A stretch of DNA of 63,892 bases, the filler included, from Vannella sp. (lineage: Eukaryota), in NCBI GenBank assembly GCA_023345925.1. It is 6 parts of 6 records of this genome, joined end to end, with 100 filler letters (N's around TTAATTAATTAA, not from the genome) between each part and the next. Parts side by side here need not be neighbours in the genome. Positions count along the whole stretch, not along the records: positions 43,064 to 58,494 come from JAJQQN010000089.1; positions 58,595 to 63,892 come from JAJQQN010001141.1; 4 more parts are not named here. One strand, written 5' to 3'. A program made the translations under genes and the position numbers. Shown here piece after piece: positions 57,352 through 63,892 of the stretch. The notes below the pieces were generated by a model, which was not told where the DNA came from, did not search any database, and saw only the letters and a list, made by a program, of their open reading frames with translations. Position 1 is the stretch's first letter. The number at the start of each line of letters is the position of its first letter.

Positions 57352-58331
57352 AGAGGTCATCCTTTTGAAGAGGGTTGAGAGATTGGTTCTCAAACAATAT
57401 AATTGACTAGAACAGCTCTACTATTCCCTCTTCCATGCGTTGCGTTAGCGAGTCGATCCTTGTTCCTTTCGAATTCCGGCAAAGACGAACATCACTGACA
57501 GATAAATACGGACAATTGGGTACACAGACGAAGACCCTGCTTCAGCCATCTCTTGTTTTGCGTTAAGTCAGAGCTTTGGTGGTGGAAGCTACCCATTATT
57601 TGGCGTTTTTTAAAACGGCGGCCTTCGTAGACAACTCGTCCGGGCAACTGGGTCTCGCTCACTTTAACAAACAGTACATTGAAGGATCAAACGTACACTC
57701 GAGGTCCAAAAAGATGAAGCAAATGCATCAAACTGAGTCCTAGCTGTTAATGTCCATTCACAATGCTCGGTTCTTTTATGGCTGATTTTTCCATGATGGA
57801 GGAGCCAACTCTTTCACTTGTTCATCGAGCCTTCCCGCCACGCCTCCAGCAATCCGAAGGAGTGTCTCGATTCAAAGTGGAGGTCTTATTGGCTAGCAAA
57901 GGCTTCCGATTTGAGGGGATCCTTCAATAGCAGAAGAGTATCCAAAACCACTTCACAGCGTTTCTGTCACCCTGGCCTGGCGTGTTCACTTTGACCAGGA
58001 ACAACGAATGAAGAAAAAGAACCAAGTAGTACTGAGGCAGATACTGTTCAAATGAGAAAAGTCACCGGCGACCCGGGGTCCGTTGAAGCACCCAAAACTC
58101 AAAAAACAAAATCAACTCAAAAGCTTATCCTGAAGAGATGGAGGTCATCAGGATACTCAACGCATACATGAGTTTTGGAACCCTCTTCCCCTTTGGCTCG
58201 TGGATTTTCTCAATTGGAAAAAGGTAAAAAGTGGAACCGATTCCGCTAAGCAGAAGTTTTGTTCATTCTCTTTTTCATCCTCTCTAAGGCGAGACGCTCT
58301 TCGTCTTCTCATTCATTGAAGGTCACGTGAG

Positions 58332-58494
58332 ATGTTCAAATCACAGGCAAAGTACACTGCAGCAAAGGAGGATGGTCAGTACGACTTCCTGGGTTTGACC
58401 AGTCCGGATGAAACCCACGATCCTGCCTGGCTTGAAGAGATCGAAATCGCTTTCAGGACACGGAGAGACAGCGGAGCTCTTTCAGAGCTCTTGA
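58332..58494 (+). CDS. Possible 5' fragment of a gene cut by the contig end
   Basis: ATG-started frame open to the edge, immediately preceded by GGTCACGTGA (58321-58330). Confidence 0.35.
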
Positions 58495-58594
58495 NNNNNN
58501 NNNNNNNNNNNNNNNNNNNNNNNNNNNNNNNNNNNNNNTTAATTAATTAANNNNNNNNNNNNNNNNNNNNNNNNNNNNNNNNNNNNNNNNNNNN
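58495..58594. other. Artificial contig-joining spacer
   Basis: N44-TTAATTAATTAA-N44. Confidence 0.98.
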
Positions 58595-58969
58595 GGCATC
58601 TCTTTTGCAGAAGGCGAGAACAAAGAATCATGTTCTTCTTCCTTTCCTCAATCAGTGCCTATTTGAAGACGTTCAGCGTGAGCAGAGGTAGCACGGTTCC
58701 TTTGATGTTGTCCGAATCGAAAGAGGGCGGTCATGCTCCAAGGTTCGAGCGAACAAAAAATACCGCCAAAGAAACCAGCCGGTTCCCGCCAATTTGTCTT
58801 CCACCGAAGTCTTTTTCGATTATCATTGCAATGCTCGCCCAATTCCGCCAGCCTCACGTTTCCAAGGATTCGAGGAAAGGTTTACGACACTGTTCGCTAG
58901 AACACTGCTTGGTGTACGACCGATCGCACACCGATCTTCATACTTTTGTCCGACTCAGCTCCTTGAAGC

Positions 58970-61643
58970 ATGAAGCGATCAGCTACCACTCCGATCCCTC
59001 ACAACAAGGCTACCCGCACCTCCAGTTTGGAAGGCTTCAGCGCCAAGTTGACGGGACCGAGCGTTCCCCAGATGAACTGGCTGGAGCTGGCAGAGAACGC
59101 GTTTGTTCATCGTGCTGAAGCAGGCGAGGTGCTGATCTCAGAGGGCGAGAAGCTGGATCATCTGGTTGTGGTGTTGAATGGCTCCGTTTGTGTGGCCCGG
59201 ACTCACACAGGAGAGAAGACCACGAGAGTGATCGCCTCTCCTGAGCTCTATGGAGAGTCGTGGCTCTTGAACCAACCAGCATCAGTGTCTCTGACAGTCG
59301 CAAGTCCCTCTTGTAGTGTCATCCGCCTTCATCTCGATTCTGAGATGGCCAAGCTCTTCACAGAAGACCCTTCCTTCAAGGAGGACTCTGCCTCGGGTAT
59401 TCCTATCCCACTATCTCCCCGATTCCTTCCAAACAGCCCAATGGTCCGAACACTATCTGTCAGACAGCTCATCAGCCTCTCTCCAAAGGATCGTCTGATG
59501 AGTGACTCCCGATTTGGCTCTCCTAACGAGTCGTCACAGCTTTCTGCCTGTCGGATTGCTTCAGATCCGGACTCGCCAGACTTCCAAGAAGCTCTTCGGA
59601 GGAAGAATCTGTTCTTCCAAGTCGCATCGAAGCTGCTTGCCCGCCTCCAAGACTCCATCACAGCTTACGAAGCCTTCCATTCCGAAGAGACATCCACCAC
59701 AATGCTCAAGCCACCTTCCGGATGTCCGACTGAGGTCAACTCCCTACAGACTCGGCACGGCCGTACCCCTTCGAAGACTTTCGTAGGAAAGATACTTCAT
59801 CGAGCCGCAGCTCGTCTTGAAGAACTGCCAAGTCCATTGGAGATCCGACTGGAGCCAAAAAAGGAAAAAACACTCGACAAGGCTTCCGAGAAGTACGTTA
59901 AGAAGTTCCGGCTTCCTCGCCATGAGAAACTTCTGAAAGAATGTGAAGCTGCTTGGCAACCAGAAGCAGATAATCCATTGGAAGGTCGCCTCTATATCGG
60001 AGAAATGTTCGTCTGCTTCTTTGGCAATGGCTTCGCGTTTCACACGAAAGCAGTTGTTCCTTTGTCTCAAGTAGCCTCTTGGGAGGTGTCTAACTCTCGA
60101 CTGGTCCTTGGAATGAAGCCAGAAGAGAGCTCAGAGGGCCAATATGTCTTTCTCCTCAAAGGCAAACAGACCGAAGACCAAGTCCGAACCATTCTTGGCA
60201 ATCACGCGACCAATCAGAAGCTTCTCAAGCAGCGCCCAGTGACTCTGAAACGCAAGGAATCTTGGGTACTCAAGCATCACATCGACCCGGTGGCTTCAGA
60301 GGCATTTAACTTGCAAGATTGCATCTTGCTTTTGGATTGCTCTAGGAGATATGTCTACAAGGCTGGAGAGGTGATTGTTGCTGCAAATTCTCGTCATGAG
60401 CAGCCTGGTATGTGGAAGATTGCTTCTGGACGAGTAAAGGTGGTTTCCAAGGATGGCCAAGTGACTGCCGTTCTTGGCAAGAACTCCTTCTTTGGAGAGA
60501 TCTCTTTCTTCTTTCCAGAAGTTAGCATGAATGCTTCTATCATTGCTCTAGATGAAGTAGTTGAGGTTTTCTTCTTGGAAGGGGCCAAGCTTTACACCCA
60601 CTTTGCTTTGTACCCCAACTTTGGTGCGCGATTCTACAAGTACATTGCCACTATCGCTGCTCATCGCTTTGAACGCTTCAACCGCATGTTTCTGTCGCAA
60701 TTCTCGGACCAGCCATATTGCCAAGACACTGCCCAGCTCCAATTCGTCCCTGGACACGAACAAGAGGAAGAATTCATGGTTTTGTTGACCAACCAAGCCA
60801 TCAAATTTGCATCCAGCCAAGGAGAGGTTGGAAAAGTGAACTTGGCAGAGATAATGTCCATCTCTCAGGATGGAGATTCTTCTATTACTGTTCAGACTCG
60901 CTCTGATTTGAACCTGTGCCTCAGATACCAAAGTAATGTGTCAAACTGGTTCGCTACGATTGATAGCGCATGTTTCAGCTCTTACGAAATCAAACTGATT
61001 CAGCCTAGCGAGAAGCGGGAGCTGCTGAAGAAGCTGTATCGCACAAAAGAAGACTGCGAAATGAGGTACACTTCTCACACAGGAGAGGCTATCGAGCTAT
61101 GGCTGTACAATCCGCTCCGGGGCACTATCATTTCATTGGCAGTAGACAGGCACGTCCAATTTACCTGGGACGGGGTTAGGTAAGGAAACGGGCATTAAGC
61201 GAAGAGTACTCACTGGTCTTAGGTTCACAAGCACGGACGAAAAAGGTCGACCGTTCCCTGGCTATGGAACTTGGGATGGATTGCGAGTTGCCTACTATCC
61301 AGATACAATGCCAGGTGCTGAGGCTGATACGGACTTGTACTTCATGACAGACAGGCAACAGAAGGACCTAGCAGTGTCTTATGTATGGTACAGCCCTGTG
61401 ATGAGCTTCCAGTCAGCAAACAGTATGGATTGCTTCACCATGCACAACACTGTGATTCAACGCAACGAAAAGCTGGACAAAGCTCTCCGCTTCCGCAGAG
61501 TTCACGAGATAGAAGGGGCCCCGCCCATGCATTTCATTGCTGACACTCTCACACCGCCTCCTCTTCTTCTGTTCATGAGCCTTGCATTGCCCAACATTCC
61601 AAGTGAAATCGCTCCTCCTTCTCCTTTCCACCTTCTTGATTAA
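58970..61643 (+). CDS. cNMP-binding - GRAM - cNMP-binding protein with uncharacterised C-terminal domains (2 exons)
   Basis: CNB1 AGEVLISEG..LVVVLNGSV..YGE; GRAM FRLP..EKLL...GRLYI...FVCF; CNB2 YKAGEVIV...IASGRVKV..FFGEISF; intron about 61180-61222 joins the last exon in frame. Confidence 0.82.
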
Positions 61644-61745
61644 GTCAAGTAACTCATCTATTGAAAAAAGTCTTATTCCAAAGGCTCATCAATGAAACGC
61701 GTTTGTTTAACAGACAAGGCGCTGCACCGGCCTTAAGGCATTCTA

Positions 61746-63513
61746 CTAACCCAAATAGTATGAGGAACGAGCCTCATGAAAATCAGCTCTTTTAACTGAG
61801 AAAGCCGTGGCGGGTAGCCCGTTCTCAGAGTACAAAATGGCCAAGGGCCAAGGAGAGTATGCATAGTTGATTCTTTCCAAGGGTTCGGGACCAGAACGGG
61901 GAATCGTGAGTAAAACGGTGCCAACGTCCAGACCCAATTCGGGAGTGCCCAATTGCATTAATTGTTTGACTCCTTCGAACTCTACTTCAAAAGAAGAGCA
62001 AAATTCTTCTTCTGGAGTGGTGTCAGTCATCCAGTCCTTAGGGCAGACAGCTTTCTCAAAATGAAGGCGATCTTCCAAGGTCTCCACTAAGAAGGTCAAT
62101 TCGACCAAATAGTGTTCCGAGGACTCTTCAAGGATAACTATTCTCTCCAATTGCGGACCAGAGGATTGGATAGGTAGGTCGTAGATCTTATGAAGGGCTT
62201 TGAGCATGAATCGATGGGCCAAAGGCTTCTTCTTCTGCGGGTGAAGCTGTCCCGTAGGACTGTCGTGGTCTCCCAAATCAAGAGCTTGAATCAAGTAGAG
62301 ATTCGGGATCGTTTCCGATTTCTGCTTTTGTACCAAACGGAATCGTTCGCCGTAAGGGCGCCCGTTGAATAAGGGAGTTAACTCTGCCATCATTATTGGA
62401 AGTTCAGGAAACTGTGCGAGTTTCCGCCACTCCTCAAAGACTCCTGGCAAAGCGCAAGTCCACCAGTAATAATCAGCAAAATTACTTTCTCCTTGGTAGA
62501 AGAGAATGGCCTTGAGAGACATCCGCACAATGGGCTCGGCAATCCCTTGCCACGTCACTGAATCTTTTGATGGAGAGCCTTCGACATTCCTATTGGTTCT
62601 TCCACATTTTTCCGCTACTTTATCCGGAGTCCAAGCCTGCATTGAACATCAGGAAAGCATTCCAAATCATTCTCAAAAACTCACTTGAAGCGGAGACCCT
62701 CCCACAGCCATTTCAACCAGGCCAATTGGTATTTGCAGCTCCTCAAACAATTCTCTTCCATAAAACCAGCAAACAGCACTGAAACGATCCCATAAATCAC
62801 CTTCAGCACCCTGATGAAGAGTTTCTCGAGAGGCCAGAGACCAAGTTAGTTTGGGAGGAGCTTCCCAGTCCGCCAAAAGAACACCGGAATCCTTCCGCCC
62901 TACATTCATTACCCGAATGTAAGGGAAGTCATACTTCTCGTCCTTCTCTTCTTCCTCACGTTTGAGGAAAGTCTGTGGAATGGTATAGGCCATGTTCGAC
63001 TGCCCAGCGCACGCAAACACGTCTCCAAAGTACACATCGTGAAGACTCATGAAGGCTATTCCAGACCGGACGGTGATTGAGAAGGGCCCGCTGGCTGGCT
63101 GAGGAGGGAGGCTGACTTCCCACCTTTTCTGCAGGAATTCTCCAATGGCTTGGGGAACCTCACTACGACTTGCTCTATACGATGTGCCTTCAAGAGATAC
63201 TGTCACTGCACATTTCACGTCCTTCGGGTGGCACCATCCCCAGAGAACAGCTTCTCTTGGCTCTCTTTGAAGGACCATGTGATGGTTGAAGGGATGTGCA
63301 AGACGGAAGTTCCCATCCTCGTGAATGTCGCTGATCTCTACTTGACTTCTAGCCTTAGCGGCATGAGAGGGCTGTGATCAGGTGAGAGGTAGAAGAGGCA
63401 ACGCATCTCGTGCAGTTCCCGAGACTCACTTTGATGTACCAGAGAACGATCATTGCCATCTCTATCGTCACTGCTACACAAAGGAAGGCAACCACCACAT
63501 TACCAGCGCGCAT
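61746..63513 (-). CDS. SIAE: Sialate O-acetylesterase family (SGNH) protein with N-terminal signal/anchor
   Basis: HMVLQRE..LWGW; DVYFGDVFACAGQSNM; FSAVCWFYG; PIGLV..AVGGS; FYQGESN; DLGD......LHP..K; YAY..WP...LY...GLPA..F. Confidence 0.93.
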
Positions 63514-63759
63514 CCAACTCAAACTGACCAAGAGGAACGAACCGCTGTCAACTCGTCATGTCTCTTTGACAGCTTTCCTTCTCCTTTGATTCCGTTATTG
63601 CATTGCATTGTCCCAAGTGTACCTCTTGTTGAAGCATGGATGTATTCAACAGGAGGAAGACTGGAGCCAAAATACGTTAGGATTGATTCTGTTATGTAAA
63701 GCTCCTTTCTCCTGGCTAGATGCTGGTAGATCTGTTAGCATCTGTCAAAGCACAAGGGT

Positions 63760-63892
63760 CTAATGCGCGAACTTGGCATTCATTCGCAGTTCGGCCAGCT
63801 TAGCGGTGATGCGTTCCTCCATCCTCTGCAGCTCTGCTTCATGTTCTGCTTCCATTTCTCGAGTCTTGAGCTCTCCTTCTTCCTGCAAGTCT
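63760..63892 (-). CDS. 3' end of a coiled-coil protein gene (partial)
   Basis: DLQEEGELKTREMEAEHEAELQRMEERITAKLAELRMNAKFAH*, open to the window edge. Confidence 0.55.
   Translation of the reverse strand, partial: DLQEEGELKTREMEAEHEAELQRMEERITAKLAELRMNAKFAH

Noticed and set aside
57352..58320. About 1 kb without a long ORF (also 43064-43540 and 31454-32240) as ncRNA or hidden genes
   Set aside because: I found no tRNA, rRNA or snRNA signature, repeat or convincing spliced frame by eye. These stretches are left unannotated rather than shown to be empty.
4202..58594. Five identical TTAATTAATTAA palindromes flanked by N runs as a biological repeat, and any gene clustering across them
   Set aside because: The fixed 44N-12-44N format is an assembly concatenation linker, so neighbours across linkers are not physically linked.
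1..63892. CRISPR arrays, prokaryotic defence operons, integrated virus
   Set aside because: No regularly spaced direct repeats and no capsid, integrase or polymerase genes were seen. Intron-containing eukaryotic genes occupy every contig.

Overview
Gene-dense eukaryotic (protist) genomic DNA, not prokaryotic. It is six unrelated contigs joined by artificial 100-nt spacers (44 N + TTAATTAATTAA + 44 N) at 4202-4301, 25072-25171, 33751-33850, 42964-43063 and 58495-58594. Genes are split by very short (about 40-65 nt) GT-AG introns and packed 0-170 nt apart. The gene set (Roco-type COR-kinase-WD40, cNMP-GRAM-cNMP module, combined RhoGEF/RhoGAP, CDC123/R2K ATP-grasp, F-box/MORN) suggests an amoebozoan, which is an inference. 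Recognisable housekeeping genes are VPS13, PCIF1-like, class I PDE, a mitochondrial ABCB half-transporter, TFIIA-gamma, mucolipin, L-type lectin, ICP55/XPNPEP3, TMEM147, VPS41, CK2-beta, threonine aldolase, Apd1/Aim32-like ferredoxin, muskelin and SIAE. The best leads are: (1) an 869-bp element with perfect 15-bp TIRs and a TAT duplication, whose end sequence recurs on another contig inside an interleaved double inverted repeat; (2) a single-pass mucin-stalk receptor with a GPS autoproteolysis motif; (3) an orphan with a NAC/WRKY-like motif pattern; (4) a hidden half-LIM/zinc-ribbon/RRM-like gene whose stop codon overlaps the Roco stop; (5) several unusual domain architectures; (6) frequent AAG/GAG splice acceptors. 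All exon structures were read by eye and no database search was run.
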